DNA from: a virus
DNA: 64,000 nucleotides
Strand: one strand, 5' to 3'
Virus record (IMG/VR): IMGVR_UViG_3300042558_005120
Location: 1-64,000 of that record
Below the pieces are notes generated by a model, which saw only the letters and a list, made by a program, of their open reading frames with translations, was not told where the DNA came from and did not search any database. The position numbers and the translations under genes are program-made. Of this stretch, positions 20,689-31,092 are shown one piece after another (the first letter of the stretch is position 1; each line of letters opens with the position of its first letter).

Positions 20689-21285
20689 TTATGAGAAAGG
20701 AATGCCACCCAACCAAAAAACTAATGATTTACGAACTCCACTTGTTACTGGTGTAATACGATGAGTTAAATAGGTTGGGTAGATAACAACACTACCAGCA
20801 GCACGACTCACAGTATACCAATACTCTGGATTTGGACTAGATGCGAACTCTAAATTACCCCCACGGTAGTCATCACTGTCTGACAGTTGAACTGTGACTG
20901 CTAACTTTCGACTTGAATAAGGATGGATATCTCCAATATCCACGTGCCAATCAAAGTGATCTCCAGATTCCCATTCACAATACATAATTGGTTCGGTAAA
21001 ATCTAAAGGTTCAAATTTGAATGCCTCGCCATTTGCCCATAGTGCTAAATCGTATACTCTGCCGTACAACCAACTCCATTCATCCGTATATGGAATCCAT
21101 GCTATTTTACAGGACCTAGTTTCTTTGGCAATTTCACCGGAGACGGTTGCTTGCGACAATTCTAATTCGGCAAGTTGTTTTTTAATATTTTGAATTTCAC
21201 CAAATTCAATGCAGCTTGGTAAAGTAATGCTTGACATTCTGACTGCATTAATCTCCGGGTGCGGATTAGTATCGAGTAATATCAT
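20689..21285 (-). CDS. 2OG-Fe(II) oxygenase (PKHD-type)
   Basis: WHVD, RKL, YRGG, HRITPVTSGVRKSLVFW. Confidence 0.88.
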   Translation of the reverse strand: MILLDTNPHPEINAVRMSSITLPSCIEFGEIQNIKKQLAELELSQATVSGEIAKETRSCKIAWIPYTDEWSWLYGRVYDLALWANGEAFKFEPLDFTEPIMYCEWESGDHFDWHVDIGDIHPYSSRKLAVTVQLSDSDDYRGGNLEFASSPNPEYWYTVSRAAGSVVIYPTYLTHRITPVTSGVRKSLVFWLGGIPFS

Positions 21286-21287
21286 TT

Positions 21288-21602
21288 TTATTTTTTTACA
21301 AGTTCATCTTTCCAAGTACTTTCCTTTGCACTATTTCTCCACGGCCATGTTGATTTTGCTTTGGCATAGTCACCATCATTATATTCTTTAATCCACAATC
21401 TTTGTTCCCAATATTGGTCACACCCCCATACTCCGTAAATAACGAACCACATCCATTCAAAATAAAAATGCGGCTCTCTTTCACACCGGGGTGTTTCCCA
21501 TTTATCTTTCCACATTAATCCAGAGCGGGTGAGTCTTGGAAGCCAAAACCAACTATGATTTTTTTTAAATCTAATTCTAAAAACTGGCCGTTTGATTTTC
21601 AT
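21288..21602 (-). CDS. Trp-rich hypothetical protein
   Basis: 104-aa ORF at the head of a small operon. Confidence 0.55.
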   Translation of the reverse strand: MKIKRPVFRIRFKKNHSWFWLPRLTRSGLMWKDKWETPRCEREPHFYFEWMWFVIYGVWGCDQYWEQRLWIKEYNDGDYAKAKSTWPWRNSAKESTWKDELVKK

Positions 21603-21627
21603 AATTATAAATTTTATTCAATATAAC

Positions 21628-21667
21628 AAAAAAAGTTGGGACTTGTAAGAAAATCACCAACTTTTTT
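21628..21667. terminator. Terminator after the portal gene, overlapping a candidate early promoter
   Basis: AAAAAAGTTGG/CCAACTTTTTT inverted repeat. Confidence 0.55.
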
Positions 21668-21686
21668 AGAATAATTTTGAAATATT

Positions 21687-23312
21687 TTAGAATCCCATTC
21701 CGCCACCCATATCGTTCTGTGCAGCTTGGATTTGCTGAGCAAGTTTCATATCCTCTAAGTCCTGTGCTTGTTTTTCTTTCATCATTCTTTCGTTTGCAGC
21801 AATATCATCAGCAGAAAGTTTCATATATCTTTCAATTACAAATTTAGGTGCAAAGATTGGAACATCAGTGTCCATACCAGAAGCATCTTTCTTTTTGTCA
21901 TAGATACCCATCATTGTGTTTGCGATATTAACTCGCTGTTCCAAGATTTGCATTTCTTTTAATTCTTCAAAGATATTATCTTTATTATATCTGAGTGACA
22001 AACTTGCTTTCATTAATTCGTCTTCAGCAAGCTCTGGGTATATCAGACCAATTTGGATAAAAAGAGGCTTGAGTAATACTTCTTGGAATATTGAACGAAG
22101 ACGATTGATGAATTTAAAGAAACGAATTTCTTCACGGTCAATACCATCGGCCGAAATACTAAATTGACTTCCACCGTTTTCTTTGTCGAAGCGACTGAAC
22201 GGAATTTTCGAATCTTCTTTAACTTTATCTTTGAAATATTTAAGAGCATCAGTATCGGATAAATCAAATCCTTCACTTGCTAATACAGATATATCCGGAG
22301 ATTCACCGTTTTTACTTGGGAATAAGTAGTTTTTGTAGAATTGCATTGAAGGCGAACCGTTGATGCTTAATTCCCCAGAATCATAATCTAAATTGATATC
22401 CTCTTTATAGATATTAATCATCTCTGCTAATGATTCTTTAGCACGTTGCGGTGATTTGGTACCAATTGGGACAACCATTTTCATTCTGAACTGGGAATTC
22501 ATTGTGTTCCAAATTACACGGCTATTTTCCATAATCCTTAGTAGATTGAAAGAACGAACCATCCTTTCAACATAACTCACACGGCCTGTAAAGTTTCCTT
22601 TTGCATAAGAAATATAAATAATCTGTGAGTCCAAAAGAACTCTCTTCATTGAAGGAACGTCTTCATATTGAACCCAGATTTTTTTGAATGTTCCATCACT
22701 TCCTTTTTCAACACCCGGACGTAATGAAATAGGGTCAAGTTCTTTGAAACCCACAATGTTCTTTCCATCCGGGTCATAGATAATCTCAAAGGCAATAAAA
22801 CCGTCAATTAGAAGCTGTCGAAAATATCCCCAAGCATCCTGACCTTCAGAAAAGTGAAAGTGTGTATAGATTTTTTTAAACTGTTGACTAACTTCAGCAA
22901 TAATTTCTTTTTGATTATCCGGAGACAAAATCTCTTTTAGCTTAGTTGTGTCAATATCAGCAAAGAAATTAGAGTCATTAAAAACAATTGCTTCATCTGT
23001 AATTGTATCTACAATAAACTCAATCTCTGGATTCATTGCAAATTTTCTTAAGTAACCTCTTCTTGCCTTGTAGTCTTTGTCGAAAAACGCAATAAATTTC
23101 TTTTGTCCGACGTCGGCGAGTGCTAACGAATATAAAAATTCCTCGGGTAAATAACCTTGGTTACCAAATTCGGATTCAGTAACACCCACTGCTCTGGATT
23201 GCTTAACGACCATGTCATCGTATCGCATTCCTAAGTTAGATAAGGTTTTTAAGCTTTTTGATAATTGACCGAATATTGGATTGACGCCAACTCGGTCGAT
23301 GAAACCTGCCAT
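21687..23312 (-). CDS. Portal protein (T4 gp20-like)
   Basis: PEIEFIVDTITDEAIV, FRQLLIDG, LRIMENSRVIW, SKIPFSRF, REEIRFFKFINRLR. Confidence 0.9.
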   Translation of the reverse strand: MAGFIDRVGVNPIFGQLSKSLKTLSNLGMRYDDMVVKQSRAVGVTESEFGNQGYLPEEFLYSLALADVGQKKFIAFFDKDYKARRGYLRKFAMNPEIEFIVDTITDEAIVFNDSNFFADIDTTKLKEILSPDNQKEIIAEVSQQFKKIYTHFHFSEGQDAWGYFRQLLIDGFIAFEIIYDPDGKNIVGFKELDPISLRPGVEKGSDGTFKKIWVQYEDVPSMKRVLLDSQIIYISYAKGNFTGRVSYVERMVRSFNLLRIMENSRVIWNTMNSQFRMKMVVPIGTKSPQRAKESLAEMINIYKEDINLDYDSGELSINGSPSMQFYKNYLFPSKNGESPDISVLASEGFDLSDTDALKYFKDKVKEDSKIPFSRFDKENGGSQFSISADGIDREEIRFFKFINRLRSIFQEVLLKPLFIQIGLIYPELAEDELMKASLSLRYNKDNIFEELKEMQILEQRVNIANTMMGIYDKKKDASGMDTDVPIFAPKFVIERYMKLSADDIAANERMMKEKQAQDLEDMKLAQQIQAAQNDMGGGMGF

Positions 23313-23328
23313 TTGTTAGTTTTTTATT

Positions 23329-23356
23329 TTATATAAAGAAAAAAGAAATTAGTTTT
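23329..23356 (-). promoter_or_regulatory. Bipartite promoter variant AAAACT-N15-TATATAA upstream of portal
   Basis: Fixed spacing matches the other copies. Confidence 0.55.
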
Positions 23357-23362
23357 TGTATT

Positions 23363-24082
23363 TTAACCACCTGGCTTGGTGTACTTTTTCTGATTTTTTG
23401 TTGCCTTGTCTGCGCTTATATTGTGTTCTGTTAAACCTTTTTTCTTATCTATATAATCATTCCATATTGCTGCTAAACCTTTACCAGCAATGTCTTTTGA
23501 TACATAATACGGTATCTTTTCCCAGTCTTCAAGTTCAATAAGTACAGCACTTTTGATGTTATCAACAATGTAATTTCTTACTGCCCATTGATAACCTATT
23601 GTTGCCTTTTCGTTAAATAACGTATATACAAAATACCAATTTGTTAAATATTGCCAAAGGCGATTAACTGCACCTATTTGATCTTTATCAATAGCCTTTT
23701 CTGCAGCATATATATCATTTTTAAACACCTGGAAGAAATTCTCTAAAACTTCAACTCTTGTGAATTCTGGAAGCAGATTTAAATTTAAACCTTGGACAAT
23801 TACATTACCTTTTTCTGAGACGTATTGTCCATGGACTAATACTAAAGGACGTTTGTCATAGTAGTCAAGTTCTTTCTTGGTTATCGGGTCATACATCCAA
23901 GTATAAATTCGACCGGGTAAAAAGAAGTCAAATTTTCGGGCATGGAAGCGTTCGGTTGTTTCCAGGAACCCGGTATCTTCAAACGGTTTAACTGCATACT
24001 TTTGATAAAAGTAATTAAATGTTTCAGTTCTTCTTTTTCCTTTTGCCTTCTCTTCTTTATAAGCTTCCAATGGACTTTTCAT
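23363..24082 (-). CDS. DNA end protector (T4 gp2-like)
   Basis: PGRIYTWMYDP...YYDKRPLV...GLNLNLLP. Confidence 0.75.
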   Translation of the reverse strand: MKSPLEAYKEEKAKGKRRTETFNYFYQKYAVKPFEDTGFLETTERFHARKFDFFLPGRIYTWMYDPITKKELDYYDKRPLVLVHGQYVSEKGNVIVQGLNLNLLPEFTRVEVLENFFQVFKNDIYAAEKAIDKDQIGAVNRLWQYLTNWYFVYTLFNEKATIGYQWAVRNYIVDNIKSAVLIELEDWEKIPYYVSKDIAGKGLAAIWNDYIDKKKGLTEHNISADKATKNQKKYTKPGG

Positions 24083-24585
24083 ACGCCTTTATTGTACAGA
24101 AATTTTTCAGTGATAACAACAAAAACGTAACCCATTTTTCGGGCATATTCTTTTGCTGCATCAAATTTGGATTTATTAATAATCCATTTTTTCAGTTGCT
24201 CATTGTGAGCAGTAATTTGGTTTATTGATGGCTTTTGCCCGTTAAGAACAGGTTTCTGTAAAACTGATTCGGGCTTCACTTCAACTATATAGTCGACGGT
24301 AACATCTTCAGATTTTTTAACTCGCATAAAAAAATCTACATAATACAAATGCCCCGGATGCTCCGGTTTATCAAATGGGGTTCGGTATGGAATGCCAATT
24401 GGCTCGGATGCCCAGCATACAATATCAGGTGATAAGTCACAATAGCAACAAAAACGTTGCTCCCACGAAGACCTGAAAATTATCTTCGTGGGATCACCTA
24501 TATATTTTTCAGAATTGATTAATTTGTAGTATCCTTGTTTGTAGCCTGATTTTAAAGTTGGTTTATTTTCTTTAATTTTGCTCAT
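24079..24585 (-). CDS. Head completion nuclease (T4 gp4-like, TnsA-N fold)
   Basis: KYIGDP..IIFRSSWE...WASE..IPY...YYVDF...EVKP...KFDAA...ITE. Confidence 0.88.
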   Translation of the reverse strand: MSKIKENKPTLKSGYKQGYYKLINSEKYIGDPTKIIFRSSWEQRFCCYCDLSPDIVCWASEPIGIPYRTPFDKPEHPGHLYYVDFFMRVKKSEDVTVDYIVEVKPESVLQKPVLNGQKPSINQITAHNEQLKKWIINKSKFDAAKEYARKMGYVFVVITEKFLYNKGV

Positions 24586-24591
24586 ACATAT

Positions 24592-24936
24592 CTACAAGTT
24601 ATATAAATTTTCGTGGTCTAAAGATACTTTTGTAAGTGTTGAATTTGGATATAATTTTTTCCAACCTTTGCCGAAACCGTTTTTAATCATTTGTGTATAG
24701 TAAGCAAAAACATTTTTCGATTTTTCAGGGTTGTAACCTTTCCAGTATTTAACAATGTCCATCATAGCAAACGCAATACAATCCTCTCGGTCTTCTTCGT
24801 ATTTGTACTTTAATTTTTTTGATGCGCCTTCAGCCATTGCTCGTAACATCTTAACAGCCTTCGTGGTTAATTCTCCTTTTTCTTTAGATAATGCGATTTC
24901 TTTTCTGAGTTCTTCAGCGTTTACATAATGTGCCAT
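24592..24936 (-). CDS. Late transcription sigma factor (T4 gp55-like), compact; probable start MAHYVN
   Basis: HYVNAEEL...YNPEKSKNVFAYYTQMIKNGF. Confidence 0.8.
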   Translation of the reverse strand: MAHYVNAEELRKEIALSKEKGELTTKAVKMLRAMAEGASKKLKYKYEEDREDCIAFAMMDIVKYWKGYNPEKSKNVFAYYTQMIKNGFGKGWKKLYPNSTLTKVSLDHENLYNL

Positions 24937-24946
24937 GTTTTTAGAT

Positions 24947-25375
24947 TTATCCTGGTCCAACAATATTGTTTTCATTTTTTAAAGCATTGATATATGCCTG
25001 TAATTCAGATATGCATATAGTTATAGAGTCAAAAGACAAATTGGTTTCAGTTTTTAAGTGTGATTCTAAGCCTTTTAATTCATCGTATATGGTTCCAACT
25101 TTTGAAATTACCATATCTATTAGTTTGTTAAATTTCTCTGGAACGTTTTCCTTTGTCTTAACTTTATTCTTTAAATCGTCTTCTGAATTATAAACGCCCC
25201 ACTCGTTAATCTCTAACTTTTTTTTTAACGATTCTTTGATACTAATATTAGCACCATCACTTTGAGCGGCTAACTTTATATCTTCCTTTTTAGAAGAAAT
25301 TTCTGCCTTCTTTATAATTTTAACATCATTACAGTTTGCAATTGCAGTGGTACCATTTTCAAAACGAATAACCAC
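24947..25375 (-). CDS. Probable -1 frameshift extension of the upstream 787-aa protein rather than an independent gene
   Basis: Frame is open back to the A9G site at 25411-25420; only a weak GTG start. Confidence 0.55.
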   Translation of the reverse strand: MVIRFENGTTAIANCNDVKIIKKAEISSKKEDIKLAAQSDGANISIKESLKKKLEINEWGVYNSEDDLKNKVKTKENVPEKFNKLIDMVISKVGTIYDELKGLESHLKTETNLSFDSITICISELQAYINALKNENNIVGPG

Positions 25376-25404
25376 ACTGTTGTCAGCATCATTGCTACCT
25401 ATTA

Positions 25405-27768
25405 CTATACCTTTTTTTTTAGGTATTCAACGGTATCTCCAGTACCAGCACTTTCTTGCAATTGAGTGAATTTTTTGTAGTCTCTGTTAACCTTTGAATA
25501 TTCCTCTTTTACCTTTTCAATTTCTTCATTGATAATTGAAATTAAGTCTTGAACTTCTTCAGATTCAACAAGGTCCTCATCTTGAATACTAATCAATTGA
25601 GTCTTTTTTGCTTGGAGTTTGTTAATAATGTTTGTTAGTTCAGCTCTACGCTCTTCAAACATTTTAACGTATTTTGATTCCTCAGACAACATATCGGTAA
25701 ATGTATGGCCAAGGTCATAATTTGTAAATTCCATTACCATATGTTTTGCTTGTGTTGCATTACAGTTTGGATAGAAAATACTCTCTTTAACCAAAGAATC
25801 CTCACGGTTAATAAAAATCTCATGGCCAAGTTTAAAGACATCCATTTTACGGTTTGTTGCAAAATTAGGAGTGATGGTTTTAATATAATCCATCTCAAAA
25901 ATATTGTTCCAATTCTCAACAACTTTATTCACGACCGTGATGGTTTCTAAGTCACTACTATTGAAAATTCCGGATTTCAAATAAACCTGACGGAATTCAT
26001 CAATAGTTACAGTGTTATCATTAATTTTTATAGTTACTCCGTTGTTATCAGATTCGTTAATAGTAACTTTTTGATTGCGGTTGTATATTGTAATTGTATT
26101 TTCTAAAATAGAAACGTTTGGTGCTGCTAGTATTGTTGACAATTCAACAAATTTTGCTGGCAATTTAGCGAATTCAGATTCGGTTAACGGTCTAACTTTG
26201 TTTCCTTCTTTGATAAACGCCTTTCCTCTAATAGCAAAAATTTCAGAGGTTTCATTAATAATAACCGGAGAATAAACTTTACTTACACTAACATCAGAAG
26301 AATCCGCTTTCATTTGGAAGCTTTTTTCTGATTCTAAAATAACATTATATAATTTACGCAAATTATTATCATATGTGAAACCATTAAGTTTTTCTAACAG
26401 TTTTGTTCTGTTTGATGCACTTCTGTGTGTTAAGTAGTTATCTAAATCTTGTTTAAGTGCGCTTAATATAAAACTACTGTTTCCGTTTTTAGATTCGTGT
26501 AATGTTTTATAAATTTGTATATCTTCAGCATATAATTTTGAGTTTGCCTCTAATATATTGATGTGCTCTTTTACTATATGATTCCAACTCAAACCTTTGA
26601 TTTTTTCTAAAACAGGTTCGATTGCTATATACTCAGGAAGTGTTGTATAGTGTGTTAAAGATTCAATCAAATACATAGTACTTGGGTGTCTCATCAATTC
26701 TGATTCCTTTAATGACATAATTGCTCGTTTAACACCAAGATCCTTTACTGCATTGATACGAACTTCACCGTTAACAAAGTTGACAACTACTGATTCTTGT
26801 ATTGTTGACAGTCTTTCTAATAAGTATCGAGAAACAGATAATTCAAATTTTTCAAATGCCTGTTTGTCTGTATCTAAATGATTATAATCGCTGTAAGCTT
26901 CGAGTACTTCTTTACAGATTTCAATTGCTTCTAAAGATTTTGTAGATTCAATTAAACGCTCAACCCTAGATTTAAATTCCGTTTGTTTTGGTGATTTTAC
27001 AAGTACTTTAGTTTGAATAGTGGAAACATTTTCATTTACTTTTACATTTGTAGTTTCAGCAGACTCAATTGAATTATATAAATTCTTAACCGTTGGACGA
27101 ACTGCTTGGAAATATGTCATATTACCGTTTGCATCTTCTTGGATTGCAGGTGCTTCATAAACACATTTTTCTAAATTCTCCAAAACCAATTGTTTATTGC
27201 TAGCTGTTTTATACACCAAATAGTTATAAATAAGAGATTCGGTTTCGGCAATAAATTCATACTCCCCAGCAGCTTCACACTCAGAAAGTGCTTTATAAAC
27301 TTTAATATCAGTTGCGTACTTTTCAGAATTTTCAGTTAAAACATTCAAGCATTGCTCAACAATAGCATAGCGTTTTAGCGGTGCTAGATTTTCAATTACA
27401 AAATTTATTGTTTGCCACTCTGGTTTTTCGCTGTAAGCAAAAACAGATTCTAACAAATATAAAGTATTTGGATCTTTTACTAATTCAGATTTCTTTAAAA
27501 TATTTAAAGTATCTTTAACACCCAAGTTGTTTATATTTGAAATATAATTCTCAACAATAATAAAATCATTTACAGTAGGGTCAGGAAGTCCTCTAAGCTT
27601 TAATTTTACTGATTCAGTAATTTCCTTTTCAAATTTATCAGACATTTCTGCTGTTAAATTGAAATTATTGTAGGTATTATATTTTGCGAGTGCCTCATTA
27701 CATACCGCAATAACAGCAGATGATTTAGTTGAAGCTTTTAGTGTTTCGATACGTTTTTTGAAATTCAT
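25405..27768 (-). CDS. Putative prohead core / scaffold-like protein with a duplicated N-terminal domain
   Basis: Two ~230-aa repeats (FKKRIETLKASTKS / FKSRVERLIESTKS); many [LIV]-x-E-S sites; late motif upstream. Confidence 0.5.
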   Translation of the reverse strand: MNFKKRIETLKASTKSSAVIAVCNEALAKYNTYNNFNLTAEMSDKFEKEITESVKLKLRGLPDPTVNDFIIVENYISNINNLGVKDTLNILKKSELVKDPNTLYLLESVFAYSEKPEWQTINFVIENLAPLKRYAIVEQCLNVLTENSEKYATDIKVYKALSECEAAGEYEFIAETESLIYNYLVYKTASNKQLVLENLEKCVYEAPAIQEDANGNMTYFQAVRPTVKNLYNSIESAETTNVKVNENVSTIQTKVLVKSPKQTEFKSRVERLIESTKSLEAIEICKEVLEAYSDYNHLDTDKQAFEKFELSVSRYLLERLSTIQESVVVNFVNGEVRINAVKDLGVKRAIMSLKESELMRHPSTMYLIESLTHYTTLPEYIAIEPVLEKIKGLSWNHIVKEHINILEANSKLYAEDIQIYKTLHESKNGNSSFILSALKQDLDNYLTHRSASNRTKLLEKLNGFTYDNNLRKLYNVILESEKSFQMKADSSDVSVSKVYSPVIINETSEIFAIRGKAFIKEGNKVRPLTESEFAKLPAKFVELSTILAAPNVSILENTITIYNRNQKVTINESDNNGVTIKINDNTVTIDEFRQVYLKSGIFNSSDLETITVVNKVVENWNNIFEMDYIKTITPNFATNRKMDVFKLGHEIFINREDSLVKESIFYPNCNATQAKHMVMEFTNYDLGHTFTDMLSEESKYVKMFEERRAELTNIINKLQAKKTQLISIQDEDLVESEEVQDLISIINEEIEKVKEEYSKVNRDYKKFTQLQESAGTGDTVEYLKKKV

Positions 27769-27806
27769 TTCTTGAAATATTTTTTTATGTTTTAATTTCT
27801 ATCTAT

Positions 27807-27816
27807 TATATATATT
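27807..27816 (-). promoter_or_regulatory. Late-type promoter variant AATATATATA
   Basis: Intergenic, upstream of the 787-aa ORF. Confidence 0.45.
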
Positions 27817-27845
27817 AAAGTTTTTTTCTCGAAAAATGGACATTG

Positions 27846-29405
27846 TTATTGTACATATAGTATTCCATTTGATGCGGAAAGTGTAAAATCATTATTATTT
27901 TTTGTTGTAGTGACATTGCTACTAACCTCAATTCGATTAAGTGCTTCACTAAACCCAACTATTGTACTGCCGAATGGGATTCCAATCCCGGTAACCCGTT
28001 GTCCAACTAATGGATAAGTTTCTAATAATGTGGTTACAGTTGGATTTACATTTGTTATTAGATTATTTATCGTGGACGAATCTATGTCCCCGGTAAATTT
28101 TGCTATATCACTTAAAACCAAATAATTAGATTCGTTGTTTGAATCTTCGATTTTCACTTCTAATTTTGTAATTGGCGATGGTGTAAACCCAGAACCACCA
28201 TCAACAATATTTGCTGAAAAAACAGAACCGCTGCTGATTGTTGCCTGAATTATCGGGGCAACAAATGTTGGTGGTATCGTTGGTGGTAATGGAAAAAGAT
28301 TAACTTCAATTAAATCTGTTGATGTATATCCGTATCCTTGATCCAAGACAACAATTTTATCTACCGAACCGAGTGCATCAATAATTGCTCTGACCCGAGA
28401 GTCACGGCCCGTTTCAGAAACTACTACCGACCGATGTCCTTCATTTGCTATTGGTGTTCCGTTTATATCAAAAAATGGTATTTTCCAGTCATAAGTTCCA
28501 ACGTTGTTGAGATTACGAGCAATCAGTGTCCATTCAGTTTCCCCGACAAGGCGATAGTAAAGATTAACCCTACGGATTGGGCCGGTGTTCCCCCATGAGA
28601 TTGGTAACTCTCCACTTGAAAAATATTTTTCATTTGGAACTGGAGAATTAAAAGTAAACCTTGGTTTATTATAATCTTCTGACGAGATATCAATTGTGTT
28701 GAAGCCGGCGATTCTTTTAGCATTACTAAATTCAGTTGTTCGATCTAATACCGGGAAGTAAGTTTCAACTTCAATATTGAATTTAAGTGTGGTTTTAGCA
28801 TCAGCCTGATAAGTAAACTCAAATGTTTTTTCAAGTCCATAGTCTTCGGAAAAGCCTCCCTGGCATGGAATCCTAAACCCTTTGTATGTAACAGAAAAAA
28901 CTTGATTTTTATAAAACGTTTCAACTAATGCCTGTTCAATCTTAAATGCATCTAAATAGGTATCCGTTTCGATTGTTACCTCAAACGCCATATTAATGGG
29001 AATCGAATTTAAGAAGGCACTAAATGTTTGTAGTTCACCATTAACTTCTTTAACGTAATTCCCTCTGACAAAACGATGTGTCATTTTCCCAGTGTCAATT
29101 GTTTTGGATGTTAATGTTACAATCCCTCTTGGTATTACATCATAGTTTCCATCTGCAAAATTACCTGTAAATTCACCACAGTCAAATTTTGGATGAATAC
29201 AGTCATTCCAATTTAAAAAGTAGTCTTGGAGGAATCTTTCGTCCCCGCCCATATTATAGAAAAATGGAACATAGACAGTATCAATACTGTTATCGCCTAA
29301 GATATTCTCGTAGAATATCTTGTCATTTAATAGATTAATGATTCCAACTATTACTGCTCGTGAGTGAACATCGTCGGTATTGTATTTGTGTAGAAACTCT
29401 CCCAT
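27846..29405 (-). CDS. Tail sheath stabilizer / tail completion protein (gp15-like) with a C-terminal beta-rich extension
   Basis: VPFFY...ERFL...IPRG...PINMAFEV...IEQALVETF; C-terminal Ig-like and GxGY repeats. Confidence 0.6.
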   Translation of the reverse strand: MGEFLHKYNTDDVHSRAVIVGIINLLNDKIFYENILGDNSIDTVYVPFFYNMGGDERFLQDYFLNWNDCIHPKFDCGEFTGNFADGNYDVIPRGIVTLTSKTIDTGKMTHRFVRGNYVKEVNGELQTFSAFLNSIPINMAFEVTIETDTYLDAFKIEQALVETFYKNQVFSVTYKGFRIPCQGGFSEDYGLEKTFEFTYQADAKTTLKFNIEVETYFPVLDRTTEFSNAKRIAGFNTIDISSEDYNKPRFTFNSPVPNEKYFSSGELPISWGNTGPIRRVNLYYRLVGETEWTLIARNLNNVGTYDWKIPFFDINGTPIANEGHRSVVVSETGRDSRVRAIIDALGSVDKIVVLDQGYGYTSTDLIEVNLFPLPPTIPPTFVAPIIQATISSGSVFSANIVDGGSGFTPSPITKLEVKIEDSNNESNYLVLSDIAKFTGDIDSSTINNLITNVNPTVTTLLETYPLVGQRVTGIGIPFGSTIVGFSEALNRIEVSSNVTTTKNNNDFTLSASNGILYVQ

Positions 29406-29409
29406 GGAT

Positions 29410-29418
29410 TATATATCA
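29410..29418 (-). promoter_or_regulatory. Late-type promoter motif TGATATATA, 4 nt upstream of the ATG
   Basis: Overlaps the gp46 stop codon; recurrent motif. Confidence 0.55.
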
Positions 29419-31092
29419 CTCAATCTTTTCAACATCTAAATTGGAAAACCCATTGTTCTTTTGAACAACCACACGATAATCAAATATCTCAGTCGGTAGA
29501 GGACTGTGGTTAATAACAAATATATTTAGTTTTAATTCTCGACAAGTTTTATGTAGGACATTTAAGATATGGTAGATGCCATTCATATCAATTGAAGAAA
29601 ATATCTCGTCCAAAAAGAAAAGGTTAATACCAGAGAACCTCATTTTCATAATTCGCATTAAAGCAATGAGCACAGCAAAGTCCATTTTTTTTCTTTCGCC
29701 AGTAGATAATTGCTCAACTGCAATTTCATATCCTAAATGTTTAATGTCAACTGCAAATTCTTCATTAAATGTAACTCGGTATTCAAGTCCTAAAGCTGTT
29801 AGTACCTTTTTGATTTCTGAATTTAGAAGTGGCAAGATTTTTTTAATTGCAATAAGTTTAATTCCTCTGTCGCCAAATATTTCATCAACCAATCCGTAAA
29901 AGTTAATTCTTTTTGTTTCATTATCTTTCTTTTGGATTGCATCGTTTTTCCCACTTGTTGAGTTTTCAATAATATTTCTCAGTGCAACAGTTTGCTCATC
30001 GTTTCCATTTGATTCCGACAGTTGTTTCAATTCTTTATTTGAATTGCTAATTTGAAAGTTTGCTGCTGCAGTTTTGCCTTCAATTTCTTTTTTACTTTCT
30101 AATAGTTTTTTTCTTTTTTCACCTAATTCATTTAATTGTGTTGTTATATCAGCTAACTCTTCTTTAACCTCTTCGTTTTTCTCTAAATAGTTTTGTAACA
30201 ACTCTTTGTGATAGTCGGTATCTAAATTGGTTTCACAAGTAGGACATTGACCTTTTTGTAACAATTTTATTTTTCCGTCTCTTGCTTTTGTTTCATAATT
30301 AATTGAAGTTTGGTTTTGATTTAAAGCGTCAATTGCATCTTTCAATTCAGATTCAGCCCCGGACAGTTTTTCCAAATGTGCTTCTGCATTTTGTATATAT
30401 AATTCCAACTTTTCGATTTTTTCAATCAAGTGTTCTTTTTTCTCTTCTGCAGACTCGTTTAACTTTGTATTTAACAATTCCAATTCCAATGTTGAATTAT
30501 CAATAGTTCTAATCAGAACATTGATTTCAGTTGTAAGTTCATCAACTGCATCTTTGATTTCCCTAATTTTATTTTTAACTTTTGACCGCATATGAGTGAT
30601 AAGTTCAAGACCAAAGATTCGGTCAATGATGTTTCTTTTATCACTTGGACCCATATCCATAAAACTTTTAAAGTCGTTAATGGATAAGGAAATCATATTG
30701 TTAAAAATATAATAAGGAATGCCAAGTATCTCATCTTCCAAAAATGACTGAACATTTTTCTTCCCAGCTTGTTGATACTCAACGCCATTGACAGACAATT
30801 TGAAAAAGTTTGGAGCAACACCACGTTCAATTGTAATCTGCTCTAATCCATTTTTCTCTAACTCTATTTTAACATGGGCGTGCTTATTAAAACGGTTTGC
30901 AATATGTGCTAACTTTTTATTATCAAGTCTGCCGTATAAACCAAATTTGATTGCATCTGATAAACTACTTTTACCAGCACCATTATCACCAAGAACAATA
31001 TAAAAATTACCTTGTTGTTCATCAAATTCAATGGTCTGCCATCTGTTTCCGTATGATGCAAAGTTTTTAAAACTTACTGAACGTATTTTCAT
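29416..31092 (-). CDS. Recombination endonuclease ATPase subunit (gp46 / SbcC / Rad50)
   Basis: GDNGAGKS, CPTC zinc hook, LSTGE, FLDE. Confidence 0.92.
   Translation of the reverse strand: MKIRSVSFKNFASYGNRWQTIEFDEQQGNFYIVLGDNGAGKSSLSDAIKFGLYGRLDNKKLAHIANRFNKHAHVKIELEKNGLEQITIERGVAPNFFKLSVNGVEYQQAGKKNVQSFLEDEILGIPYYIFNNMISLSINDFKSFMDMGPSDKRNIIDRIFGLELITHMRSKVKNKIREIKDAVDELTTEINVLIRTIDNSTLELELLNTKLNESAEEKKEHLIEKIEKLELYIQNAEAHLEKLSGAESELKDAIDALNQNQTSINYETKARDGKIKLLQKGQCPTCETNLDTDYHKELLQNYLEKNEEVKEELADITTQLNELGEKRKKLLESKKEIEGKTAAANFQISNSNKELKQLSESNGNDEQTVALRNIIENSTSGKNDAIQKKDNETKRINFYGLVDEIFGDRGIKLIAIKKILPLLNSEIKKVLTALGLEYRVTFNEEFAVDIKHLGYEIAVEQLSTGERKKMDFAVLIALMRIMKMRFSGINLFFLDEIFSSIDMNGIYHILNVLHKTCRELKLNIFVINHSPLPTEIFDYRVVVQKNNGFSNLDVEKIE

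Noticed and set aside
25402-25407. TAG readthrough or stop-codon reassignment
   Set aside because: The TAG is followed at once by TAA, and genes across the window are full length in the standard code with all three stops used.
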